DNA from: the human T2T-CHM13v2.0 reference genome, Homo sapiens
Strand: one strand, 5' to 3'
Assembly (NCBI RefSeq): GCF_009914755.1
Contig: NC_060944.1
DNA: 64,000 nt
The position numbers and the translations under genes were made by a program. Below the pieces are notes generated by a model. It saw only the letters and a program-made list of their open reading frames with translations. It had not been told where the DNA came from and searched no databases. Below, piece after piece: positions 24,130 through 38,500 of this stretch (position 1 is the stretch's first letter; each line of letters opens with the position of its first letter).

Positions 24130-26506
24130 AAGAAAATCTAGATAGAAGCAACGTCAGAAACTTTTATGTGATGGATCTACTCAGCTAACAGAGTTGAACC
24201 TTTCTTTTGAGAGAGCAGTTTTGCAACACTCTTTTTGTGGAATATGCAAGTGGATATTAGGGCAGCTTTGAGGATTTCGTTGGAAACGGGAATATATGTA
24301 AAAAGCAGACAGCAGCATTCTCAGAAACTTCTTTGTGATGTTTGCATTGAAGTCACAGAGTTGAACATTCCCTTTGAGAGAGCAGGTTTGAAACACGCCT
24401 TTTGTCATATCTGGAAGTGTCCATTCGGAGCGCATTCAGGCTTGTGTTGAAAAAGGAAATATCCTCCCATAAAAACTAGACAGAAGCATTCTCAGAAACT
24501 TATCTGTGATGTATGTACTCAACTAACAGAACTAAACCATCGTTTTGAAGGAGCAGTTTTGAAACACTCTTTATGCGGAATCTGCAAGTGGATATTTGGC
24601 TAGCTGGGAGGATTTCGTTCGAAACGGGATTACATACAAAAAGCAGACAGCAGCATTCTCAGAAACTTCTTTGTGATGTTTGCATTCAAGTCACAGAGTT
24701 GAACATTCCCTTTCATAGAGCAGGTTTGAAACACTCTTTTTGTAGTATCTGGATGTGGACATTTGGATCGCTTTCAGGCCTATGGTGAAAAAGGAAATAT
24801 CTTCCCATGAAAACTAGACAGAAGCATTCTCAGAAACTTATTTGTGATGTGTGCCCTCAACTGACAGTGTTGAACCTTTGTTTTGATAGAGCAGTTCTGA
24901 AACACACTTTTTGTAAAATCTGCAAGAGGATATTTGGATAGCTTTGAGGATTTCGTTGGAAACGGGAATGTCTTCATGTAAACTCTGGACAGAAGCATTC
25001 TCAGAAACTGCTTTGGGATGTTTCAATTGAAGTCCCAGTGTTGAACATTCCCTTTCATAGAGCAGGTTTGAAACACTCTTTTTGTACTATCTGGAAGTGG
25101 ACATTTGGAGCGCTTTCAGGTCTACGGTGAAAAAGGAGATATCTTCCAATAAAAACTAGATAGAAGCAATGTCAGAACTTTTTTCATGATGTATCTACTC
25201 AGCAAACAGAGTTGAACCTTTCTTTTGAGAGAGCAGTTTTGAAACACTCTTTTTGTGGAATATGCAAGTGGGTATTAGGCCAGCTTGGAGGATTTCGTTG
25301 GAAACGGGAATACGTATAAAAAGCAGACAGCAGCATTGTCAGAAACTACTTTGTGATGTTTGCATTCAAGTCACAGAATTGAACACTCCCTTTCACAGAG
25401 CAGGTTTGAAACACTCTTTTTGTAGTGTCTGTAAGTGAACATTTGGATTGCTTTCAGGCCTAAGGTGAAAAAGGAAATATCTTCCCATAAAAACTAGACA
25501 GAAGCATTCTCAGAAACTTGTTTGTGATGTGTGCCCTCTACTGACAGAGTTGAACCTTTCTTTGCAAAGAGCAGTTTTGAAACACTCTTTTTGTAGAATC
25601 TGCAAGAGGATATTTGGATAGCTTTGAGGATTTCTTGGGAAACGGGAATGTCTTCAGATAAACTCTAGACAGAAGCATTCTCAGAAACTTCTTTGGGATG
25701 TTTCAATTGAAGTCACAGTGTTGAACATTCCCTTTCACAGAGCAGGTTTGAAACACTCTTTTTGTAGTGTCTATAAGTGAACATTTGGCGTGCTTTCAGG
25801 CCTAACGTGAAAAAGGAAATATCTTCCCATAAAAACTAGACAGAAGCATTCTCAGAAACTTGTTCGTGATGTGTGCCCTCTACTGACAGAGTTGAACCTT
25901 TCTTTGCAAAGAGCAGCTTTGAAACACACTTTTTGTAGAATCTGCAAGAGGATATTTGGATAGCTTTGAGGATTTCGTTGGAAACGGGTATGTCTTCAGA
26001 TAAACTCTAGACAGAAGCATTCTCAGAAACTTCTTTGGGATGTTGCATTCAAGTCACAGAGTAGAACATTCCCATTCATAGAGCAGATTTGAAACACTCT
26101 TTTTGTAGTATCTGGAAGTGGACATTTGGAGCGCTTTCAGGCCTATGTTGAAAAAGGAAATATCTTCCCATAAAAACTAGACGGAAGCATTCTCAGAAAC
26201 TTATTTGTGATGTGTTTGCTCAACTAACAGGATTGAACCATCGTTTTGAAGGAGGAGTTTTGAAACACTGTTTTCGTGGAATCTGCAAGTGGATATTTGG
26301 CTAGCTTTGAGGATTTCGTTGGAAACGGGATTACATATAAAAAGGAGACAGCAGCATTCTCAGAAACTTCTTTGTGATGTCTGCATTCAATTCACAGAGT
26401 TGAGCATTCCCTTTCATAGAGCAGGTTGGAAACACTCTTTCTGCATTCCCTGGAAGTGGACATTTGGAGCGCTTTCAGGACGACGGTGAAAATGGAAATA
26501 TCTTCC
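24130..26506 (+). repeat. 14-mer HOR variant (copy 10), 2377 bp
   Basis: Same M14/M16 junction, at 26416-26440. Confidence 0.96.
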
Positions 26507-29500
26507 AAGAAAATCTAGATAGAAGCAATGTCAGAAACTTTTATGTGATGGATCTACTCAGCTAACAGAGTTGAACCTTTCTTTTGAGAGAGCAGTTTTG
26601 CAACACTCTTTTTGTGGAATATGCAAGTGGATATTAGGGCAGCTTTGAGGATTTCGTTGGAAACGGGAATACATGTAAAAAGCAGACAGCAGCATTCTCA
26701 GAAACTTCTTTGTGATGTTTGCATTGAAGTCACAGAGTTGAACATTCCCTTTGAGAGAGCAGGTTTGAAACACGCCTTTTGTCATATCTGGAAGTGTCCA
26801 TTCGGAGCGCATTCAGGCTTGTGTTGAAAAAGGAAATATCCTCCCATAAAAACTAGACAGAAGCATTCTCAGAAACTTATCTGTGATGTATGTACTCAAC
26901 TGACAGAACTAAACCATCGTTTTGAAGGAGCAGTTTTGAAACACTCTTTTTGCGGAATCTGCAAGTGGATATTTGGCTAGCTGGGAGGATTTCGTTGGAA
27001 ACGGGATTACATACAAAAAGCAGACAGCAGCATTCTCAGAAACTTCTTTGTGATGTTTGCATTCAAGACACAGAGTTGAACATTCCCTTTCATAGAGCAG
27101 GTTTGAAACACTCTTTTTGTAGTATCTGGATGTGGACATTTGGATCGCTTTCAGGCCTATGGTGAAAAAGGAAATATCTTCCCATGAAAACTAGACAGAA
27201 GCATTCTCAGAAACTTATTTGTGATGTGTGCCCTCAACTGACAGTGTTGAACCTTTGTTTTGATAGAGCAGTTCTGAAACACACTTTTTGTAAAATCTGC
27301 AAGAGGATATTTGGATAGCTTTGAGGATTTCGTTGGAAACGGGAATGTCTTCATGTAAACTCTAGACAGAAGCATTCTCAGAAACTGCTTTGGGATGTTT
27401 CAATTGAAGTCCCAGTGTTGAACATTCCCTTTCATAGAGCAGGTTTGAAACACTCTTTTTGTACTATCTGGAAGTGGACATTTGGAGCGCTTTCAGGTCT
27501 ACGGTGAAAAAGGAGATATCTTCCAATAAAAACTAGATAGAAGCAATGTCAGAACTTTTTTCATGATGTATCTACTCAGCAAACAGAGTTGAACCTTTCT
27601 TTTGAGAGAGCAGTTTTGAAACACTCTTTTTGTGGAATATGCAAGTGGGTATTAGGCCAGCTTGGAGGATTTCGTTGGAAACGGGAATACGTATAAAAAG
27701 CAGACAGCAGCATTGTCAGAAACTACTTTGTGATGTTTGCATTCAAGTCACAGAATTGAACACTCCCTTTCACAGAGCAGGTTTGAAACACTCTTTTTGT
27801 AGTGTCTGTAAGTGAACATTTGGATTGCTTTCAGGCCTAAGGTGAAAAAGGAAATATCTTCCCATAAAAACTAGACAGAAGCATTCTCAGAAACTTGTTT
27901 GTGATGTGTGCCCTCTACTGACAGAGTTGAACCTTTCTTTGCAAAGAGCAGTTTTGAAACACTCTTTTTGTAGAATCTGCAAGAGGATATTTGGATAGCT
28001 TTGAGGATTTCTTGGGAAACGGGAATGTCTTCAGATAAACTCTAGACAGAAGCATTCTCAGAAACTTCTTTGGGATGTTTCAATTGAAGTCACAGTGTTG
28101 AACATTCCCTTTCACAGAGCAGGTTTGAAACACTCTTTTTGTAGTGTCTATAAGTGAACATTTGGCGTGCTTTCAGGCCTAACGTGAAAAAGGAAATATC
28201 TTCCCATAAAAACTAGACAGAAGCATTCTTAGAAACTTGTTCGTGATGTGTGCCCTCTACTGACAGAGTTGAACCTTTCTTTGCAAAGAGCAGCTTTGAA
28301 ACACACTTTTTGTAGAATCTGCAAGAGGATATTTGGATAGCTTTGAGGATTTCGTTGGAAACGGGTATGTCTTCAGATAAACTCTAGACAGAAGCATTCT
28401 CAGAAACTTCTTTGGGATGTTGCATTCAAGTCACAGAGTAGAACATTCCCATTCATAGAGCAGATTTGAAACACTCTTTTTGTAGTATCTGGAAGTGGAC
28501 ATTTGGAGCGCTTTCAGGCCTATGTTGAAAAAGGAAATATCTTCCCATAAAAACTAGACGGAAGCATTCTCAGAAACTTATTTGTGATGTGTTTGCTCAA
28601 CTAACAGGATTGAACCATCGTTTTGAAGGAGCAGTTTTGAAACACTGTTTTCGTGGAATCTGCAAGTGGATATTTGGCTAGCTTTGAGGATTTCGTCGGA
28701 AACGGGATTACATATAAAAAGGAGACAGCAGCATTCTCAGAAACTTCTTTGTGATGTCTGCATTCAATTCACAGAGTTGAGCATTCCCTTTCATAGAGCA
28801 GGTTGGAAACACTCTTTTTGTAGTATCTGGATGAGGACATTTGGAGCGCTTTCAGGCGTATGGTGAAAAAGGAAATATCTTCCCGTAAAAACTAGACAGA
28901 AGCATTCTCAGAAGTTTATTTGTGATGTGTGCCCTCAACTAACAGAGTTGAACCTTTCTTTTGATAGAGCAGTTTTGAAACACTCTTTTTGTAAAATCTG
29001 CAAGAGGATATTTGGATAGCTTTGAGGATTTCGTTGCAAACGGGAATGGCTTCATATAAACTCTAGACAGAAGCATTCTCAGAAACTTCGTTGGGATGTT
29101 TCGATTGAAGTCCCAGTGTTGAACATTCCCTTTTATAGAGCAGGTTGGAAACACTCTTTCTGCATTCCCTGGAAGTGGACATTTGGAGCGCTTTCAGGAC
29201 GACGGTGAAAATGGAAATATCTTCCAAGAAAATCTAGATAGAAGCAACGTCAGAAACTTTTATGTGATGGATCTACTCAGCTAACAGAGTTGAACCTTTC
29301 TTTTGAGAGAGCAGTTTTGCAACACTCTTTTTGTGGAATATGCAAGTGGATATTAGGGCAGCTTTGAGGATTTCGTTGGAAACGGGAATACATGTAAAAA
29401 GCAGACAGCAGCATTCTCAGAAACTTCTTTGTGATGTTTGCATTGAAGTCACAGAGTTGAACATTCCCTTTGAGAGAGCAGGTTTGAAACACGCCTTTTG

Positions 29501-32500
29501 TCATATCTGGAAGTGTCCATTCGGAGCGCATTCAGGCTTGTGTTGAAAAAGGAAATATCCTCCCATAAAAACTAGACAGAAGCATTCTCAGAAACTTATC
29601 TGTGATGTATGTACTCAACTAACAGAACTAAACCATCGTTTTGAAGGAGCAGTTTTGAAACACTCTTTATGCGGAATCTGCAAGTGGATATTTGGCTAGC
29701 TGGGAGGATTTCGTTCGAAACGGGATTACATACAAAAAGCAGACAGCAGCATTCTCAGAAACTTCTTTGTGATGTTTGCATTCAAGTCACAGAGTTGAAC
29801 ATTCCCTTTCATAGAGCAGGTTTGAAACACTCTTTTTGTAGTATCTGGATGTGGACATTTGGATCGCTTTCAGGCCTATGGTGAAAAAGGAAATATCTTC
29901 CCATGAAAACTAGACAGAAGCATTCTCAGAAACTTATTTGTGATGTGTGCCCTCAACTGACAGTGTTGAACCTTTGTTTTGATAGAGCAGTTCTGAAACA
30001 CACTTTTTGTAAAATCTGCAAGAGGATATTTGGATAGCTTTGAGGATTTCGTTGGAAACGGGAATGTCTTCATGTAAACTCTAGACAGAAGCATTCTCAG
30101 AAACTGCTTTGGGATGTTTCAATTGAAGTCCCAGTGTTGAACATTCCCATTCATAGAGCAGGTTTGAAACACTCTTTTTGTACTATCTGGAAGTGGACAT
30201 TTGGAGCGCTTTCAGGTCTACGGTGAAAAAGGAGATATCTTCCAATAAAAACTAGATAGAAGCAATGTCAGAACTTTTTTCATGATGTATCTACTCAGCA
30301 AACAGAGTTGAACCTTTCTTTTGAGAGAGCAGTTTTGAAACACTCTTTTTGTGGAATATGCAAGTGGGTATTAGGCCAGCTTGGAGGATTTCGTTGGAAA
30401 CGGGAATACGTATAAAAAGCAGACAGCAGCATTGTCAGAAACTACTTTGTGATGTTTGCATTCAAGTCACAGAATTGAACACTACCTTTCACAGAGCAGG
30501 TTTGAAACACTCTTTTTGTAGTGTCTGTAAGTGAACATTTGGATTGCTTTCAGGCCTAAGGTGAAAAAGGAAATATCTTCCCATAAAAACTAGACAGAAG
30601 CATTCTCAGAAACTTGTTTGTGATGTGTGCCCTCTACTGACAGAGTTGAACCTTTCTTTGCAAAGAGCAGTTTTGAAACACTCTTTTTGTAGAATCTGCA
30701 AGAGGATATTTGGATAGCTTTGAGGATTTCTTGGGAAACGGGAATGTCTTCAGATAAACTCTAGACAGAAGCATTCTCAGAAACTTCTTTGGGATGTTTC
30801 AATTGAAGTCACAGTGTTGAACATTCCCTTTCACAGAGCAGGTTTGAAACACTCTTTTTGTAGTGTCTATAAGTGAACATTTGGCGTGCTTTCAGGCCTA
30901 ACGTGAAAAAGGAAATATCTTCCCATAAAAACTAGACAGAAGCATTCTCAGAAACTTGTTCGTGATGTGTGCCCTCTACTGACAGAGTTGAACCTTTCTT
31001 TGCAAAGAGCAGCTTTGAAACACACTTTTTGTAGAATCTGCAAGAGGATATTTGGATAGCTTGGAGGATTTCGTTGGAAACGGGTATGTCTTCAGATAAA
31101 CTCTAGACAGAAGCATTCTCAGAAACTTCTTTGGGATGTTGCATTCAAGTCACAGAGTAGAACATTCCCATTCATAGAGCAGATTTGAAACACTCTTTTT
31201 GTAGTATCTGGAAGTGGACATTTGGAGCGCTTTCAGGCCTATGTTGAAAAAGGAAATATCTTCCCATAAAAACTAGACGGAAGCATTCTCAGAAACTTAT
31301 TTGTGATGTGTTTGCTCAACTAACAGGATTGAACCATCGTTTTGAAGGAGCAGTTTTGAAACACTGTTTTCGTGGAATCTGCAAGTGGATATTTGGCTAG
31401 CTTTGAGGATTTCGTTGGAAACGGGATTACATATAAAAAGGAGACAGCAGCATTCTCAGAAACTTCTTTGTGATGTCTGCATTCAATTCACAGAGTTGAG
31501 CATTCCCTTTCATAGAGCAGGTTGGAAACACTCTTTTTGTAGTATCTGGATGAGGACATTTGGAGCGCTTTCAGGCGTATGGTGAAAAAGGAAATATCTT
31601 CCCGTAAAAACTAGACAGAAGCATTCTCAGAAGTTTATTTGTGATGTGTGCCCTCAACTAACAGAGTTGAACCTTTCTTTTGATAGAGCAGTTTTGAAAC
31701 ACTCTTTTTGTAAAATCTGCAAGAGGATATTTGGATAGCTTTGAGGATTTCGTTGCAAACGGGAATGGCTTCATATAAACTCTAGACAGAAGCATTCTCA
31801 GAAACTTCGTTGGGATGTTTCGATTGAAGTCCCAGTGTTGAACATTCCCTTTTATAGAGCAGGTTGGAAACACTCTTTCTGCATTCCCTGGAAGTGGACA
31901 TTTGGAGCGCTTTCAGGACGACGGTGAAAATGGAAATATCTTCCAAGAAAATCTAGATAGAAGCAATGTCAGAAACTTTTATGTGATGGATCTACTCAGC
32001 TAACAGAGTTGAACCTTTCTTTTGAGAGAGCAGTTTTGCAACACTCTTTTTGTGGAATATGCAAGTGGATATTAGGGCAGCTTTGAGGATTTCGTTGGAA
32101 ACGGGAATACATGTAAAAAGCAGACAGCAGCATTCTCAGAAACTTCTTTGTGATGTTTGCATTGAAGTCACAGAGTTGAACATTCCCTTTGAGAGAGCAG
32201 GTTTGAAACACGCCTTTTGTCATATCTGGAAGTGTCCATTCGGAGCGCATTCAGGCTTGTGTTGAAAAAGGAAATATCCTCCCATAAAAACTAGACAGAA
32301 GCATTCTCAGAAACTTATCTGTGATGTATGTACTCAACTGACAGAACTAAACCATCGTTTTGAAGGAGCAGTTTTGAAACACTCTTTTTGCGGAATCTGC
32401 AAGTGGATATTTGGCTAGCTGGGAGGATTTCGTTGGAAACGGGATTACATACAAAAAGCAGACAGCAGCATTCTCAGAAACTTCTTTGTGATGTTTGCAT

Positions 32501-35500
32501 TCAAGACACAGAGTTGAACATTCCCTTTCATAGAGCAGGTTTGAAACACTCTTTTTGTAGTATCTGGATGTGGACATTTGGATCGCTTTCAGGCCTATGG
32601 TGAAAAAGGAAATATCTTCCCATGAAAACTAGACAGAAGCATTCTCAGAAACTTATTTGTGATGTGTGCCCTCAACTGACAGTGTTGAACCTTTGTTTTG
32701 ATAGAGCAGTTCTGAAACACACTTTTTGTAAAATCTGCAAGAGGATATTTGGATAGCTTTGAGGATTTCGTTGGAAACGGGAATGTCTTCATGTAAACTC
32801 TAGACAGAAGCATTCTCAGAAACTGCTTTGGGATGTTTCAATTGAAGTCCCAGTGTTGAACATTCCCATTCATAGAGCAGGTTTGAAACACTCTTTTTGT
32901 ACTATCTGGAAGTGGACATTTGGAGCGCTTTCAGGTCTACGGTGAAAAAGGAGATATCTTCCAATAAAAACTAGATAGAAGCAATGTCAGAACTTTTTTC
33001 ATGATGTATCTACTCAGCAAACAGAGTTGAACCTTTCTTTTGAGAGAGCAGTTTTGAAACACTCTTTTTGTGGAATATGCAAGTGGGTATTAGGCCAGCT
33101 TGGAGGATTTCGTTGGAAACGGGAATACGTATAAAAAGCAGACAGCAGCATTGTCAGAAACTACTTTGTGATGTTTGCATTCAAGTCACAGAATTGAACA
33201 CTCCCTTTCACAGAGCAGGTTTGAAACACTCTTTTTGTAGTGTCTGTAAGTGAACATTTGGATTGCTTTCAGGCCTAAGGTGAAAAAGGAAATATCTTCC
33301 CATAAAAACTAGACAGAAGCATTCTCAGAAACTTGTTTGTGATGTGTGCCCTCTACTGACAGAGTTGAACCTTTCTTTGCAAAGAGCAGTTTTGAAACAC
33401 TCTTTTTGTAGAATCTGCAAGAGGATATTTGGATAGCTTTGAGGATTTCTTGGGAAACGGGAATGTCTTCAGATAAACTCTAGACAGAAGCATTCTCAGA
33501 AACTTCTTTGGGATGTTTCAATTGAAGTCACAGTGTTGAACATTCCCTTTCACAGAGCAGGTTTGAAACACTCTTTTTGTAGTGTCTATAAGTGAACATT
33601 TGGCGTGCTTTCAGGCCTAACGTGAAAAAGGAAATATCTTCCCATAAAAACTAGACAGAAGCATTCTCAGAAACTTGTTCGTGATGTGTGCCCTCTACTG
33701 ACAGAGTTGAACCTTTCTTTGCAAAGAGCAGCTTTGAAACACACTTTTTGTAGAATCTGCAAGAGGATATTTGGATAGCTTGGAGGATTTCGTTGGAAAC
33801 GGGTATGTCTTCAGATAAACTCTAGACAGAAGCATTCTCAGAAACTTCTTTGGGATGTTGCATTCAAGTCACAGAGTAGAACATTCCCATTCATAGAGCA
33901 GATTTGAAACACTCTTTTTGTAGTATCTGGAAGTGGACATTTGGAGCGCTTTCAGACCTATGTTGAAAAAGGAAATATCTTCCCATAAAAACTAGACGGA
34001 AGCATTCTCAGAAACTTATTTGTGATGTGTTTGCTCAACTAACAGGATTGAACCATCGTTTTGAAGGAGCAGTTTTGAAACACTGTTTTCGTGGAATCTG
34101 CAAGTGGATATTTGGCTAGCTTTGAGGATTTCGTTGGAAACGGGATTACATATAAAAAGGAGACAGCAGCATTCTCAGAAACTTCTTTGTGATGTCTGCA
34201 TTCAATTCACAGAGTTGAGCATTCCCTTTCATAGAGCAGGTTGGAAACACTCTTTTTGTAGTATCTGGATGAGGACATTTGGAGCGCTTTCAGGCGTATG
34301 GTGAAAAAGGAAATATCTTCCCGTAAAAACTAGACAGAAGCATTCTCAGAAGTTTATTTGTGATGTGTGCCCTCAACTAACAGAGTTGAACCTTTCTTTT
34401 GATAGAGCAGTTCTGAAACACTCTTTTTGTAAAATCTGCAAGAGGATATTTGGATAGCTTTGAGGATTTCGTTGCAAACGGGAATGGCTTCATATAAACT
34501 CTAGACAGAAGCATTCTCAGAAACTTCGTTGGGATGTTTCGATTGAAGTCCCAGTGTTGAACATTCCCTTTTATAGAGCAGGTTGGAAACACTCTTTCTG
34601 CATTCCCTGGAAGTGGACATTTGGAGCGCTTTCAGGACGACGGTGAAAATGGAAATATCTTCCAAGAAAATCTAGATAGAAGCAATGTCAGAAACTTTTA
34701 TGTGATGGATCTACTCAGCTAACAGAGTTGAACCTTTCTTTTGAGAGAGCAGTTTTGCAACACTCTTTTTGTGGAATATGCAAGTGGATATTAGGGCAGC
34801 TTTGAGGATTTCGTTGGAAACGGGAATACATGTAAAAAGCAGACAGCAGCATTCTCAGAAACTTCTTTGTGATGTTTGCATTGAAGTCACAGAGTTGAAC
34901 ATTCCCTTTGAGAGAGCAGGTTTGAAACACGCCTTTTGTCATATCTGGAAGTGTCCATTCGGAGCGCATTCAGGCTTGTGTTGAAAAAGGAAATATCCTC
35001 CCATAAAAACTAGACAGAAGCATTCTCAGAAACTTATCTGTGATGTATGTACTCAACTAACAGAACTAAACCATCGTTTTGAAGGAGCAGTTTTGAAACA
35101 CTCTTTTTGCGGAATCTGCAAGTGGATATTTGGCTAGCTGGGAGGATTTCGTTGGAAACGGGATTACATACAAAAAGCAGAGAGCAGCATTCTCAGAAAC
35201 TTCTTTGTGATGTTTGCATTCAAGTCACAGAGTTGAACATTCCCTTTCATAGAGCAGGTTTGAAACACTCTTTTTGTAGTATCTGGATGTGGACATTTGG
35301 ATCGCTTTCAGGCCTATGGTGAAAAAGGAAATATCTTCCCATGAAGACTAGACAGAAGCATTCTCAGAAACTTATTTGTGATGTGTGCCCTCAACTGACA
35401 GTGTTGAACCTTTGTTTTGATAGAGCAGTTCTGAAACACACTTTTTGTAAAATCTGCAAGAGGATATTTGGATAGCTTTGAGGATTTCGTTGGAAACGGG

Positions 35501-38500
35501 AATGTCTTCATGTAAACTCTAGACAGAAGCATTCTCAGAAACTGCTTTGGGATGTTTCAATTGAAGTCCCAGTGTTGAACATTCCCTTTCATAGAGCAGG
35601 TTTGAAACACTCTTTTTGTACTATCTGGAAGTGGACATTTGGAGCGCTTTCAGGTCTACGGTGAAAAAGGAGATATCTTCCAATAAAAACTAGATAGAAG
35701 CAATGTCAGAACTTTTTTCATGATGTATCTACTCAGCAAACAGAGTTGAACCTTTCTTTTGAGAGAGCAGTTTTGAAACACTCTTTTTGTGGAATATGCA
35801 AGTGGGTATTAGGCCAGCTTGGAGGATTTCGTTGGAAACGGGAATACGTATAAAAAGCAGACAGCAGCATTGTCAGAAACTACTTTGTGATGTTTGCATT
35901 CAAGTCACAGAATTGAACACTCCCTTTCACAGAGCAGGTTTGAAACACTCTTTTTGTAGTGTCTGTAAGTGAACATTTGGATTGCTTTCAGGCCTAAGGT
36001 GAAAAAGGAAATATCTTCCCATAAAAACTAGACAGAAGCATTCTCAGAAACTTGTTTGTGATGTGTGCCCTCTACTGACAGAGTTGAAGCTTTCTTTGCA
36101 AAGAGCAGTTTTGAAACACTCTTTTTGTAGAATCTGCAAGAGGATATTTGGATAGCTTTGAGGATTTCTTGGGAAACGGGAATGTCTTCAGATAAACTCT
36201 AGACAGAAGCATTCTCAGAAACTTCTTTGGGATGTTTCAATTGAAGTCACAGTGTTGAACATTCCCTTTCACAGAGCAGGTTTGAAACACTCTTTTTGTA
36301 GTGTCTATAAGTGAACATTTGGCGTGCTTTCAGGCCTAACGTGAAAAAGGAAATATCTTCCCATAAAAACTAGACAGAAGCATTCTCAGAAACTTGTTCT
36401 TGATGTGTCCCCTCTACTGACAGAGTTGAACCTTTCTTTGCAAAGAGCAGCTTTGAAACACTCTTTTTGTAGAATCTGCAAGAGGATATTTGGATAGCTT
36501 GGAGGATTTCGTTGGAAACGGGTATGTCTTCAGATAAACTCTAGACAGAAGCATTCTCAGAAACTTCTTTGGGATGTTGCATTCAAGTCACAGAGTAGAA
36601 CATTCCCATTCATAGAGCAGATTTGAAACACTCTTTTTGTAGTATCTGGAAGTGGACATTTGGAGCGCTTTCAGGCCTATGTTGAAAAAGGAAATATCTT
36701 CCCATAAAAACTAGACGGAAGCATTCTCAGAAACTTATTTGTGATGTGTTTGCTCAACTAACAGGATTGAACCATCGTTTTGAAGGAGCAGTTTTGAAAC
36801 ACTGTTTTCGTGGAATCTGCAAGTGGATATTTGGCTAGCTTTGAGGATTTCGTTGGAAACGGGATTACATATAAAAAGGAGACAGCAGCATTCTCAGAAA
36901 CTTCTTTGTGATGTCTGCATTCAATTCACAGAGTTGAGCATTCCCTTTCATAGAGCAGGTTGGAAACACTCTTTTTGTAGTATCTGGATGAGGACATTTG
37001 GAGCGCTTTCAGGCGTATGGTGAAAAAGGAAATATCTTCCCGTAAAAACTAGACAGAAGCATTCTCAGAAGTTTATTTGTGATGTGTGCCCTCAACTAAC
37101 AGAGTTGAACCTTTCTTTTGATAGAGCAGTTTTGAAACAATCTTTTTGTAAAATCTGCAAGAGGATATTTGGATAGCTTTGAGGATTTCGTTGCAAACGG
37201 GAATGGCTTCATATAAACTCTAGACAGAAGCATTCTCAGAAACTTCGTTGGGATGTTTCGATTGAAGTCCCAGTGTTGAACATTCCCTTTTATAGAGCAG
37301 GTTGGAAACACTCTTTCTGCATTCCCTGGAAGTGGACATTTGGAGCGCTTTCAGGACGACGGTGAAAATGGAAATATCTTCCAAGAAAATCTAGATAGAA
37401 GCAATGTCAGAAACTTTTATGTGATGGATCTACTCAGCTAACAGAGTTGAACCTTTCTTTTGAGAGAGCAGTTTTGCAACACTCTTTTTGTGGAATATGC
37501 AAGTGGATATTAGGGCAGCTTTGAGGATTTCGTTGGAAACGGGAATACATGTAAAAAGCAGACAGCAGCATTCTCAGAAACTTCTTTGTGATGTTTGCAT
37601 TGAAGTCACAGAGTTGAACATTCCCTTTGAGAGAGCAGGTTTGAAACACGCCTTTTGTCATATCTGGAAGTGTCCATTCGGAGCGCATTCAGGCTTGTGT
37701 TGAAAAAGGAAATATCCTCCCATAAAAACTAGACAGAAGCATTCTCAGAAACTTATCTGTGATGTATGTACTCAACTAACAGAACTAAACCATCGTTTTG
37801 AAGGAGCAGTTTTGAAACACTCTTTTTGCGGAATCTGCAAGTGGATATTTGGCTAGCTGGGAGGATTTCGTTGGAAACGGGATTACATACCAAAAGCAGA
37901 GAGCAGCATTCTCAGAAACTTCTTTGTGATGTTTGCATTCAAGTCACAGAGTTGAACATTCCCTTTCATAGAGCAGGTTTGAAACACTCTTTTTGTAGTA
38001 TCTGGATGTGGACATTTGGATCGCTTTCAGGCCTATGGTGAAAAAGGAAATATCTTCCCATGAAAACTAGACAGAAGCATTCTCAGAAACTTATTTGTGA
38101 TGTGTGCCCTCAACTGACAGTGTTGAACCTTTGTTTTGATAGAGCAGTTCTGAAACTCACTTTTTGTAAAATCTGCAAGAGGATATTTGGATAGCTTTGA
38201 GGATTTCGTTGGAAACGGGAATGTCTTCATGTAAACTCTAGACAGAAGCATTCTCAGAAACTGCTTTGGGATGTTTCAATTGAAGTCCCAGTGTTGAACA
38301 TTCCCTTTCATAGAGCAGGTTTGAAACACTCTTTTTGTACTATCTGGAAGTGGACATTTGGAGCGCTTTCAGGTCTACGGTGAAAAAGGAGATATCTTCC
38401 AATAAAAACTAGATAGAAGCAATGTCAGAACTTTTTTCATGATGTATCTACTCAGCAAACAGAGTTGAACCTTTCTTTTGAGAGAGCAGTTTTGAAACAC

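Noticed and set aside
6147-27139. ORFs present in only some copies (MKHPKAV..., MSTSRYY...)
   Set aside because: They appear when SNVs remove stop codons (TCTAGA>TCTGGA; CAAGAC/CTGAC variants); haplotype markers, not genes.
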